DNA from: Octopus sinensis
Lineage: Eukaryota
Length of the DNA: 64,000 bases
Assembly (NCBI RefSeq): GCF_006345805.1
Contig: NC_043005.1
Span: forward strand, 93,744,001 to 93,808,000
Direction of reading: 5' to 3'
Under the pieces are notes generated by a model that was given only the letters and a program-made list of their open reading frames with translations, searched no databases and had not been told where the DNA came from. This document shows positions 38,698 through 50,900 of this stretch, in pieces. The position numbers and the translations under genes were made by a program. The stretch's first letter is position 1; each line of letters opens with the position of its first letter.

Positions 38698-39140
38698 ATC
38701 ATCATCATCTTCGTTTAACGTCTGTTTTCCATGCTGGCATGGTTTGACTGGGGACTGGCAAGCCAGGAGGCCACACCAGGCTCCAAATTGATATGGAAAT
38801 GTTTCTACAGCTGGATGCCCTTCATAATGCCAACCACTTATTGTGGCACGGGAGCCAGTCAGGTAGCACTGGCATCGGCCATGTTTGGATGGTGCTTCTT
38901 ACGTGCCACCGGCACATGAGCTAATCTGGGGGTGGGTGGCATCAATCACATTTGGAGGGTGCTTTTTATTTGCCACAGGCAAAGGGAGCCAGTCAGGCAG
39001 TACTGGTAACAACCCACACATGCATAGTGCTTATTGCATGCCACAGGCCTGGGGAGCCAGTCAGGCAGCACTGGCTACAACTACAATTTCCATTTGATTT
39101 TGATTTCACTTGACTCAATAGGTCTCCTCAAGCATGGCAT
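38698..39140 (-). repeat. RTE-derived 3' UTR repeat copy with ~4 internal subrepeats
   Basis: Same family head and tail, with tandem gagccagtcaggcagcactgg / gtgcc..ggcac units. Confidence 0.75.
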
Positions 39141-39984
39141 GTCGCCTGACGATTCAGAGGAATTTTTTAAATGGGCTGGTTATGCAACACTGTCGGCTAC
39201 AGCTGTGATCCCACTTTACTTGCCGGGTCTTCTCAATCACAGCTTATCTCCAAAGGTCGCGGTCTTTCATCATTGCCTCAGCAGAATTTGAACTCAAGAC
39301 ATAGCAACAGACAAAATACTGCTAAGCATTTCATCCGGTGTGCTAACAATTCTGCCACCTCACTGCCTTTATAATAATAATGATAATAATAATAATAATT
39401 GTTTCTAGTTTAGACACAAGGCTAACAATTTTGAGCGGGGGAGACAAGTTAATTGCACCAATTCTAGTATTTGACTCCTCCTTTGATTGACCCAGAAAGG
39501 ATATGAAAGACAGTCAGCCTCATCTTTGCCTTTCATTCATTCAAAGTCAATAGAATAAGTACCAGTTAAGTACTGCGGTTGATATAATCGACTCACCCCT
39601 TCCCCAAATCTCCGTCCTTGTACCTATAGTAGAAAAGATTATTATTATTATTGAAGATGTCGCACAATATTGTGATGTTGTAGATTGAAGATATTGTGTG
39701 TATCAGGGGTTTGTATTGTTTGTCAAGTCACATGAAGTTGCAAGTAATGTTGGTTTTTGCAATACAGCAAGATTATAGGGGATTTCTAAAGTGTCTAGAT
39801 ATTTCTTCAGGTTGGGTGGTATTGAACTCAATGCTCCAATGACAACAGGAATAACCTTTATGTTTGACTCTTGCAGCAGCCACATCTTGGCACATAATTA
39901 TCGGACAAAATGCTGAACTACATTTCCTCTATAATAATAATTTATTTCTTTATTGCCCACAGGGGGCTAAATATAGAGGGGCAG

Positions 39985-40147
39985 ACAAGGGAATTAAGTC
40001 GATTACATCAACCCCAGTGATTAACTGGTACTTATTTAATCGACCCTGAAAGGATAAGTTGACCTTGGCAGAATTTGAACTGAGAATGCAACGGCAGACG
40101 AAATACTGTTGGGCATTTCGCCTGGCGTGCTAACGTTTCTGCCAGTT
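39985..40147 (-). mobile_element. Second tRNA-derived SINE family, copy
   Basis: ctggcagaaacgttagcacgccaggcgaaatg head and gttcaaattc B box on -. Confidence 0.7.
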
Positions 40148-40328
40148 AATAATAAACTACTTTATTATTAAATCCCTTTATCATTCACTTACAAATTTTA
40201 CTTCCATGAATGTCTCTGTTTAATATAGTAAGGATTTTATTCAAGTTGGTTTGTTTGGGTAACAACCATCACTATAATATTAAACAAAAGTAATTTTTTT
40301 CAGAAATATAAAAAAAGGAGAAGCTTAC

Positions 40329-40588
40329 ATGAGGGAGTATCTCTTGTTCGAACAAAGTCTACATATTCATCTTCACATTGTATGTCCATACTGTCTCTCT
40401 TGATTAAATCTGGTAAAGTCCTGTAGTTATGGTATGCAATCCATCTTCTTTCACTTGGTACATAATATGCTGGACCTCTCCAGTTATGGGACTTCCAGTC
40501 GCCAGACAAATAATTATTTGTTGGCATATGATACTCAGGTACTTTGGCTCCTGATGGAGTCACACCGGCAGGTGAAAAAAGCATTCTT
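40329..40588 (-). CDS. Unidentified gene, coding exon (ATG at 40584; MLFSPAG...WRGPAYYVPSERRW...RTRDTPS)
   Basis: ctttcag acceptor and gtaagc donor on -, stop-free, ends in phase 1 matching the next exon; no transposon motifs. Confidence 0.75.
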
Positions 40589-40925
40589 CTGAAAGTAAAG
40601 AAAGAATCTTCTGTGCAGTAGAGTAACTATGGGTATTGAAATAACATTCATACGATAAATGTGAGCAGACCATTTAGAACACTTGAATGTACTCACATGA
40701 ATAGGGGAGTAACACTCAAGGGCTTCTCAGGACAGCCCACACTCTATAGCTATGCCACTGAATCTATTGCAAATATCTTTTCAAGATAATACGGCTTTCA
40801 TTCTCAACTGCTGGGTCAGTTAAAATGTGAAAAATTAATGAAACCCCTGCAGGAAAATTACACCCAGGCCATTCAGATTGACAGTTCAATAACATAACTA
40901 TTTAAGATGTTAAGAAATAGGAGTA

Positions 40926-41651
40926 CAGTGATCCCTCGCTAATTCGCAGTTCAATTGTTGCGGATTTTTAACCGGTGACGTTCACAACCTAAAAAACGTC
41001 TTTTTTCTGATAGCAAAGGGTGGTTTGTTAAGTTTCAGAAACGCGTCTCCCTGAATGGCGAGGCTGCTTCTGCTGACATGAGTGCTGCTGAAACATATGT
41101 GAATGAAACTTTCAAGAAGGTTATCTCCGAAGTTTTTAATATGGACAAGACGGGCTTGTTTTGAAAAAGAATGCCATCGCGAACTTTCCTGTTCAAAAAG
41201 GAAGCAAAAACCTCTGGCTTTAAAGCATACAAGGATCGTGTGACCCTCGTGATGTGTGGCAATGCTGCAGGATTTTTGTTAAAGCCAGGACTTATTTACA
41301 AGTCTTGCTGCTACAACTACGGTTGCACCTTCGGAAGAAGTGGAAACGGTGTCCCAGGAAAGGGCACCACTGTCAGCTTCATCATCATCATTTCTTCTGC
41401 GCAGCAAATTCATCACCATCATCATTCAAATTTTACTTCAACTTCTTTCGTGTTGAGTACAGTAACAATCTTTAATTTTTAAAAATCTAAAGTGCTTAAC
41501 AGTCGTCCTTGTTATTAATAGTTGTTAACAGTACAGGGAGTTCAAATACTCGTTAAATAAATACTGTAAATATGGTGTCCCTACTTCGCGGAAATTCAGT
41601 TATCGTGGTCGGTCTCAGAACCAATATACCGCGATAAACAAGGAATCACTG
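40926..41651 (+). mobile_element. Tigger/pogo (Tc1-mariner) internally deleted DNA transposon
   Basis: TA TSDs, TIRs CAGTGATCCCTCGCT / CAGTGATTCCTTGTT, transposase relic KGWF...GEAASAD...FNMDKTGLF.KRMPSRTF...KDRVTLVMCGNAAG. Confidence 0.9.
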
Positions 41652-42532
41652 TATTTTAAAAAGGCTAGAAATCAATATAAGAATGAGGAAAGAAATTCTC
41701 ATAAAGGGGTTTCGAAATGATGATCTGCCTCAACTCATTATGTAAACCAGCGCCACCTGTTTCATGGTTGGACCATCAGTGACTAAAGTACAGAACAGTT
41801 TTAAAATTGTGGTAGAATATGACTGGGATTGAGGAATGGGTACAGTAGCATGGTGTTAACTTCTCACTGATCCACCTCTGATTCTTGTTTGAGATACTTT
41901 ACTTCATCTAAACTGTGGTATACAGTTTGAAAATGCTATCAACAGCCTACAGTGGGAATGATTTGGGACCTCTTCTGTTTGGTTGCCAGTGGCTTCAAAA
42001 ATTTAAGTTTACCGAAATTTTTTTAATTTGGCCCAAACTGAATTGTTGGATTTATTTCATTTTTCCTAGAAAAATGGGTTTTTTTTCCCACCCAATAAAG
42101 AAACAGGATTTGGAAGCTGTCATTTTGTGTCTGACTGCACATTTTGTCATCAATATTTGTAAACAACACGTGTTATGTCTCCGGTAATTTGCTTTCATGT
42201 AAAGACATGTCTATGTTAATTTAAAAAAAAGAAAAAAAACGGTTTTAAATCTCTGAGTGAGATGTTGGCAAATGAACTTTAATTTAAGAGATTTATCCAA
42301 AAAATCTTATTTAGCAGTTATTTTTAGCAAACCTCACAATCACCTCAATGACAAAAAGAAACAAACATTAAACAATTTAAATATGCTTAAAAAACATTTA
42401 ACTTTCGGTTTTAATTTTAAAAATATCCTCCTCTGTTTTCGATGTTTCCATAATAAAAGCTTGCTGCCATAATCACAATGAACACGGCTTCAAATTCGTT
42501 GACACGTGCTTCCTAGCAGATAAGACTTCAAA

Positions 42533-43250
42533 ATTTACATTTGACAGATATTTGTCCTCATCTTATTTGTTGTTAACACAATGTTTCTGCTGATATACCC
42601 TCCAGCCTTCATCAGGTGTATTGGGGAAATTTCGAACCTGGGTTCTCATTCCTAAGATATTTTTCGATATTATTATTAATACCATTATTATTCAGGTCAC
42701 TGCCTGGAATTAATAGCCTGCGCTCTTAATCACTACACCATATGCTTGTGGGCAATTATAGAGTGAATTTTAGGGCTTATAAATCTAAAAAAAAAGCCTA
42801 TCCTTCCTTAAATTGGGTATAGCTGATCATGTATGGAAAAACAGAGACCACCTTCTCCTGCGGGATGAAGTTAAAATAATAGACAGAGAACACCACTGGA
42901 AAATACGAAAACTAAAAGAAGCAGCACATATGTTAGGACACAGCCTCCTAAGCAGACCGAGTGCAGATATGAGTAGCATATGAGAACCAGTATTAAGGCA
43001 GGATAGGAAAATATTAGATTTATAAGCCCTAAAATTCACTCCATAATTGCCCACGGGCATATGGCGTAGTGATTAAGAGCGTGGGCTACTAACCCAAAGA
43101 TCCCGAGCTGAATAATAATAATAATAATAATAATTATGACAACCACCACCACCCAGGTTCGAAATTTACGCAAGACACCTGATGAAGGCTTAAGGGTATA
43201 TCCGTCAAATGTAAATAATGTACATAATGCCTCATCTCTTAAATATAGAA
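42533..43250 (+). mobile_element. 5'-truncated Penelope-like element: GIY-YIG C-terminus, 3' pseudo-LTR and inverted 5' pseudo-LTR copy
   Basis: ~42815-43010 translates to GIADHVW...DEVKIIDRE..WKIRKLKEAAHM...SRPS; arms 42533-42788 and 43014-43216 are inverted copies; similar flanks taagacttcaaa / taagacttttcaaa. Confidence 0.8.
42576..42619 (-). ncRNA. Degenerate minimal type I hammerhead ribozyme motif in the Penelope pseudo-LTR
   Basis: ACAC-CTGATGA-A-GGCTG-loop-CAGCA-GAAA-CATT-GTGT; the stem II closing pair and the stem III palindrome are mutated. Confidence 0.55.
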
Positions 43251-44384
43251 CTTTAAGACTTTTCAAAGACTGCTCGGAGTCGCTTGTTATGCAACAGGCA
43301 CGCTGAGAGACAAACGAGTTCTTGTGTTCAGCTTCTTACTAACAACTCTTTATCTATTTATTTATAGCGAAAATTATTTTCAAATCATTAATAGAAAATT
43401 GATGCTGGTAGCCAAACAGAAAAGATCTAGGACTCGCCTAAGGTAATTAGTCTGTGACAAGAAAACCTTTTGGCCAAGTAATGTCCTCGGGTCGATAGTA
43501 TCGTTAAATTTTTACAAGATTTTCCCCATAAATTACTTCATAATCGTAATGTATGCCGTTTGGAAGGTATTTATATAAAATTTCATTGCCAAAATAACCC
43601 CATTTTCCTAAAACTTATGAGGGGGAAAACTCGGATCTTCTGAATTTTCCGAAGTCCTCTCCCCACCCTCCCGTTGCTTTGTGCGCATTTTTTTCTTTTT
43701 TTTTTTTTGCATATTCGTTTCCTCCACATTTTTTTACACCCATTGCACCATTATTTTATATTTTCGTTTCTGGATCAAGTTGTAAACATTAACTGTATTT
43801 ATTGATAACAAACCAAATCACATATAGATTAGTATTTGGGCATAGCTGCCGACTAACCCCTCGAATTTAAGAGTAAAATCCAGATACAGGAGATAATTGT
43901 GTTTGGTTGTGAAGTTCAGATCGGACAACCAAAACAAAATTTGTTTCACGTTTTCAAGAATTTTATTACCAATTTACTTTGATAGTAAATCTATCGTTTA
44001 GTTGAAAATGTAAGCTTGCGTGTATGTAATCACAATAAAAGTTTTGAATAAGGGTGTATTCGGATTTTAGTTTGTTTCTTTTATTTTTCTATCACTAATC
44101 ACAAAAATGGAAACCACAAAGTAATTCAAAAGTCATCGACTTCAAGCAAATTCTATTTTACTATGTCCGTATATTCCTGTGGCGAGAAAAGAATATGAAT
44201 TACTTGTGTATCGTAATCGTGACCTTACACTTATGTAAAAACCACACACATGTAATATCTGCAAATAGTTCATCGTAGTCATTCATTCTCTGAAAACTTC
44301 CTTAAATGTTTATTAATCTGAGAAAACTATTCAAACAAAAGCGATTCAGAAGAAAATGGAAATTTTATAAAATTAATATCTTAC

Positions 44385-44700
44385 ATGGATTTCTGTTTAT
44401 TGAAATTCACTAGATTGCGCGAAACAGCCAAATTCTATAACTTCACTGTTGCTATAGTAACTTGCGTCACATCCTGTCCTGTTGCCTTAGTAACGATGTT
44501 CATTCCGCATACCGTATCGAAGTTGTTAAATAGTCATTAGTGCGGGTCACGTGTGGGCACACCGCTTGTGCTGATCTGTGTGACCCGTCGCCCCCGTCGT
44601 CTTCCGCTGCTAACGTGTTTTGGCATTCAATCGTTTTGAGTCTCAGATTTATCATCGACTTGTAAAGATTCGTTCGTTAGTTCGTTAGTCTACGTGACTA
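44385..44700. promoter_or_regulatory. CpG-enriched, probably bidirectional promoter with two RFX X-boxes (44448-44461 GTTGCTATAGTAAC; 44481-44494 GTTGCCTTAGTAAC), an E2F-like site (44417-44424) and an E-box GTCACGTG (44546-44553)
   Basis: Direct motif matches, local CpG enrichment, and a minus-strand splice donor (gtaaga at 44384) just downstream of the X-boxes. Confidence 0.7.
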
Positions 44701-47589
44701 TGCTAATTAAATATTTGTTCTCTCTTCAGTTTGTTTTTTGCAGAAATCGATGAGTATCAGAATTATTGAGAGGATTAGGGAATCTCAACTTCAACCATAC
44801 CAACCTTAATTAATCCCTAGTTCTTTCTGTAACAATCCTGTCTCTTTAGGATTATTTCATCCATATTCTTTCGATTCTAAAACGGTAGAGTGTGATTTGA
44901 AGAGATGTAGCAGCTATTTTTAGAGGGCAAGCTACTGCCGGGTAGCGACATCCAAGCTTCTCGGATTGTTACACAAGGTAGACTTGTGTCCTATAAAGTT
45001 TTGTTTCTCATCGTCGCAACCGAACTGAGATCCTCGACATTGAGATGGAGTTAGGTATACAAGTGTACGGGGATCAACTATTTATCAATTCACGGGTGAG
45101 AAATGTGTGTGGGGGGTCTAACCCTCTCTCTTTCCCAAACTGCCTGAAAACTCATTTCTCTCATGGTTCGCATTGCGTCACAGTAAAAAGATAAGGGTAC
45201 ATCTCCATAATTAAGATAAACTTAAAAAAAACAAAAAAAACAGTGGGACTCGAGTGGCCATTTCACCCCCATTATAGTATAATTTCGCCTTTCATGTTTT
45301 GTCCCCACTTCGTAAGACCCTTAGTGGTCAAATAAAGAAACGGGTCCCAATCCCCTCCAAAATAATAATAATAATAATAAATAAAAATAACTGGATAGTG
45401 AACGTGGTAGTGTTATTGCCAGTTTCTGTTTTAATCCATGCAATTTTTTTGAGTAATAGAGCGAGAACAGATAAATGGATGCAGAACGTAGGAAAGGATA
45501 TTCTAGTTGAAAGGAGGGAGAAAAATGTTGTAGCGTGAGACAATGTTTCCATAACCCGTGCTTCATATTTCACTGAGGACAACTTTGCCTTTCATCCTTT
45601 TGGTGTCAATAGAAAAGTACTAATCCAAGGCAGTGAATTATTGGAACTGTAAGAACGTCGGAATAGATGCCTTGAATATTTGCGTTCTTAGTTCAAATCC
45701 CACCGTGTCCTACTTAGGTGGTAGATTTAAACCCGTCGTCCGGTTTGATACAACCATCTGGCACTTTGGGTGCCTTTAGAGGAGACCTCTCTGTTGCAAG
45801 TATTTGAGCCAGGTTTGGGAATACTTAACGCTGATCTCAGGATCCCTGTAAAGGGTCATGGACATTACCTTCTCACCTGATTAAAAAAAGATTTTATAAA
45901 ATAAACAAAAATAACACTACAGATTGAAAATTTTTAGCAAAGTTTTTACAATCAAGTAAATATTTTTTTGTTTTTTTTCTTCTTTTTCTTAACGTAATCT
46001 AGGTTGACCAATAAAAGAAAGTGTCTGAGGGTTTTTGGTCAAGCCTGAATTGTTACAAGGTTTTATCTGTGTAATGATAAAGTAAGAGTAGAAAGCAGTT
46101 TGTTAGTTACTTGAAATTAAGACTTTCTACTAATAAAAGTGCACGCATGTGATGTCTGAAACATTTCAACGTACTCCTTTCGTCACTGAAATTTTTTTTT
46201 AATATTTGTAGAATATAGAAAACTTGTCCGCCGAAATCTTACTATTCGGACCCTGCATGATTTGAAGTGTTCTCCCTCGCTCAGTCAGTCGGAGGTCAGT
46301 TTCCACAGATAAAAGTACCAAATTACATTTATAATACAAGATGAATCAAAGTATTTTAGAATGATAAAACAGATTTCATTTGATTTGCCTATAATTTTGT
46401 TGACTGGCTAAAATTATCATGGGTATATATTTTAAAATAAAATAGAAAAGTTACAGATTTTAGCTCAAAAAGTCGCACACATTAATAGTCGTGTGCTGTC
46501 ATGAAAGTAACGTAATCCATTACTTGTAAACTTATCTTGCAATCCTGATGTAGAAGAAAAGATTTCCAGACTTGTTTATCAAAGTATTGAAGCAAAGTTG
46601 TTAATTATGGATGTCTTCAGCGTTATTCAATTGTGAGAATTGAAGGAAATAAAACATGAAATAGCCAGGTCAGAAAGATCGGGCTGATAATAAGACACAT
46701 AATAAGGGACACATGCAAAATAGGCTGGAATGTTTGGTAATGGCTAGAGTCCGTTCGAGACACGTTGAGAATGATGGCTGTAATGACCAGAGAAATGTTT
46801 TGTGCAGCAGTGGTGAGGCAAGTGGGTTTGAGAAGAGAATTTGTCGGGGGAGAGAGCAAAGTAATAAAAAAATAGTAACTTTATTTGTAGGATTACTATT
46901 TACATATGATTGGGGTGCAAAAAGATTTCTCATAATAAAGAAGCAAGGAAGCGGGAACCACGGCTAGGGCTGTCTTAGCAGCATTATAGGCCCCCGGGCA
47001 ATTGCCAGTGTGCCCTTGTCTTAAGACGGTACCGAGCACGGCTGCAACGTAGGAGGATAATGAACATGTTACAGGAATACATTTACTGCTTATCGTTTTG
47101 GAAGTGTCTCAATGGTCCGTAAACGCCTCCCAGCTGGTAATAGAGGGTGATTGCCTCCAGATGTTGTCGGCAACGTTCTTGTCTAGTGTACCTGATAATA
47201 TAGACCAGTACTACATGTGCCGTGGTCGGATTGACGACAGTGTTTCGCTGTGGCATATGACGGTGGATAAACACCCTGACAAACACATTACCTGTAACAA
47301 AGGGCTTCTATCAAACCCGTAGCGAGGTTTCATTAAGGCTTTAGCGCCTGGCACGACTGACTCTTGGCAACCCCTGAAGTTGTTTCTCAGATGCATTGAC
47401 TTTGCCTTTCCTCTATTCCAAGGAGACTCAAGTAAGAAATCCCATGAAAAGTGTGAGGACTACCCAGGGCTTAAATTAATCTTAGCTTTATTTTCTCTCG
47501 CCTGCAAAGAGTTCAAGAAGATAAGAAATGTGGTAACTAATTATAAATCGAACTCTACGAAATTTGAACGAACAGTAAAGTTGACCTCG

Positions 47590-47940
47590 GCGTGATTTGA
47601 GCTCAAAAGGATCTTTTCCTTTTGAACGGCAGTTTTCAACACAATTTCTAGTTAACTAAACACTTTTAAACTTCGTATACTGGTAGAATGTGTCAAAATA
47701 AAACATTTTTTCTCTTGGCTTTTTTGAGAAAATTGTAATTTGTAAGTTTAACGTAGTTTAATTTTTCGAATTTTAACCAATCAATAGCCTCTATTGAGCT
47801 AAAATCATTTACTGCGTCTAAAACTGAGACAACATTCTGTCACTAACCCTAACCCTAAATTTTAGCCTTTCGTTTTATTTTCTTAATTGTTAAATTAATT
47901 TAATTGTTACGCATGCGTAGGGTTTTCCCCGAGAGAAGTT
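47590..47940. repeat. Interspersed repeat carrying a short TTAGGG tract
   Basis: ctaaccctaaccctaa at ~47844-47859 inside a repeat-like segment abutting the Gypsy LTR. Confidence 0.4.
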
Positions 47941-47949
47941 TTAGTCACG

Positions 47950-50900
47950 TCTGTTCGTTAGGGCTGCTCTTCCAAAAAGACAGATTTAGCGGAGACGCTT
48001 TCAGGTTGCAGTTCCTGTGCATGAGGGAACTTCCGGCAGCCTACCGGAAGTAATGCAATTCTGCGCATGCGCGCTGAAACTTCCACAGTAGCGTCACTAC
48101 ATGGCACCCCCTCGAGTGCGGAGACACAAAACAGGAAAATTGTAGTGGCTGTAGAAAACAAAATGGCTGCCGATCCCCCAGAAGATGTGGCACACAATAT
48201 GACAACAAAAAATTGAAATGCAATTCGGTCCACTGAAATGGTCTCCGCATGACCATTCATTTCGATGGTGAAAACTTTGGGTGTGCGAGAAAGCACACAG
48301 AAAGTTCCTTTATAAGGAGAAACAAGAGGTCCCTTGACAGAGTCGTCTCGAACAAAAACATGTGACCACGTGTCTATATCCGGTGGGACATGAGAGGGTG
48401 GAGATTGTTGCCTGGAAAAATAAGAACGCAGTCTGGTGACATAAGACGCCGGATCATGGGGCTGGGTAGTGTCTGGCACCAACATCGTACCAGGCAATGC
48501 CAGTGTGGTACCATACAGTAGCTCTGCAGAAGAAAAACCCAGGTCTGCCTTGACAGCAGTACAACAACCAAGAAACACAATTGTCAGAAATTCAGTCCAA
48601 GATTGTGGATCTGAAGAGGCATGAAGGGCGGCCTTCAGCTGTCTATGGAACTGTTCAACTAATCCATTAGACGCTGGATAATAACTGGTAGTGTGAATAT
48701 GATGCACACCTAGAATGCGCAACAATTCATGAAATAACGAAGCTGCAAACTGACGTCCACAATCAGTAGTCAATCTGGATGGAACTCCGACACGGGAAAT
48801 CCAGTTAGAAACAAAGGCTCGAGCAACAGACTCAGCAGAAATGTCTGCTATCGGAATGGCTTCTGGCCAACGGGAGAAACAATCGACACAAGTTAAAAGA
48901 TAAGAAAACCTGAGACTCACAGGCCATGGTCCAACCAGATCAATGTGGACATGGCGAAAACGGGCCTCCGTAGGGGGAAAGTGTCCAAGTAGGGCACAAA
49001 CGTGCCATTGAATCTTAGACTGTTGACACTTGGAGTAAGTGCGTGGCCAAGAGTTAATAGTGCAACGCATATTCGGCCAGAAAAAACGAGCAGTGATAAG
49101 CTTAAGGGTAGCAGCGATGCCAGGATGTGATAAGGAGCGCAGTGCCTCAAACACTGAGCATTGATGATTCTCAGGCATGAGTGGCCTGGGAGAACCAGTG
49201 GAGGTATCACAAAGAATGGTACCTTCGGCTGACAGAAGCGGAAGATAGGCAAACCGGCAACAGGAGAACTTAGGCGAAGTTAAGTTTAACGTCGCCAAAG
49301 GTGGCTGCTCCTGCGAAATGGCAGTTAAGTCAATCGCAGCAGGAGACGAAAAGAGAGCAGACTGGAAGGCGAGAGAGAGCATCAGCAGGAACGTTCTCTT
49401 TTCCAGGTATGTGACGAATGTCACTGGTAAATTGTGAAATAAAATCCAAGTGACAGAAAGCACAAGGCAAGAGTTTGTCCGTTTTAGAAGACAGGGCAAA
49501 GTAAGAGGCTTGTGATCCATATAGATCACAAAATCTCGACCTTCAAGTTGATGCTGGAAATGATGAACTGATAGATAGACCGCTAGGAGTTCACAATCAA
49601 AAGTGCTGTATCGTCATTTAGCTGGTTGCAGTTGGCAGGAAAAGAAAGCCAGAGGTCAAGTATGATCGTCCACTGTGTCTACAGTTAAAGGGAGAAGTAC
49701 CAGGAACCAGATGTGCAAGCAAAGAGACAGAAGCTAGATCCTTCTTGATGGACTCAAAAGCTGTCAGTGCCTCAACAGAGAGGGTGACTTGACCGTCATT
49801 TCTAGGAGTGTCCTTTAATAGCTTGGTGAGAGGAAGTAGCTTATCTGCACAACTGGGAATAAAGCATCTGTAGAAATTGATTATCCCTAGATAATGCCTG
49901 AGCTGGCGCAAGGAAGTAGGAGGTGCGATGCATTGAATGGTATTGACTTTTGATGACAGAGGTCTGATTCCACTCGAATCAATATGATGACCTAGAAAAT
50001 CTAGAGAAGATTGTCCGAAAACACACTTGTTGGGATTTATGTGTATACTATAAGTGTAAAGACACTGAAAAAGCTGAGAAAGGTGCCGGAGATGATTTTC
50101 ACGGGTGTCGCTTGCAATAATTATATCATCGACATAGGCAAACACAAAATCAAGACCGCAGACAACCTCATCAATGAAGCACTGGAAAGTGCTGGTAGTA
50201 TTCCGCAAACCGAATCTCATATATAAAAACTCAAAACGCCCAAAAGGGGTAGTAATCACAGTTTTCGGAACATTGGCTGGGTTGACCGGTATTTGGTGAT
50301 AAGCGCGTATAAGATTGACTTTTGAAAAAAATGGTACAACCATGAAGATTCGCCGAAAAGTCCTGAAGATTTCTTATTGGGTAGCGATCGGCTATTGTTA
50401 CCGCATTGAGGCGTCGATAATCTCCTACCAGGCAAAAATCAGACTCCCCTTTTCGCGCCAAGTGAAGGGGAGACGCCCATGGGCTGGTGGATGGGTGTAT
50501 TAGGCCAAGTTGGAGTATGTGCTCAAACTCGGCCCTAGCTGTTTTTAGACGGTCAGGTACGAAAAAACAGGCGGCCCAGTGGTGGTGATAAGATGAAGGG
50601 TCAAGTGGGTAGGCTTTGCCGGCTGAAAGGTAATGTCCACTAGCTCCGGAAATGAAGCCAAAAGAGAATGAAAGGCGTCTCCAGAGGTAGCAACAAAAAA
50701 TGCCGGGCTAAGAACCGCATTGGTGGAACTCCTAGTCGGTGTGGAGAGTGACGTAGTACTGTCGAGAAGCCTCCGACGCCTGACATCTACCAATAGATTA
50801 AACCGATTCAAGAAATCAGCACCAAGAATAGGATGCGGGATGTCAGCGATGATGAAAACCCATTGAAAATCTCGATGAAGATTAATGTCGAGGCGTAGTG

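Noticed and set aside
43040-43110. tRNA-like sequences (also at 33994 and 40100) as functional tRNA genes
   Set aside because: Incomplete cloverleaf and embedded in repeats; these are SINE or pseudo-LTR heads
44225-44286. ATG-initiated MNDYDELF... exon as the N-terminus of the unidentified gene
   Set aside because: The best donor gives the wrong phase for the 40588 acceptor; the phase-compatible donor (gtgtaa) is weak; unsupported without RNA data
47040-47595. Short ORFs (47098-47322, 47380-47595) as host exons
   Set aside because: Broken frames, no consistent splice signals and no recognised domain; probably decayed repeat sequence
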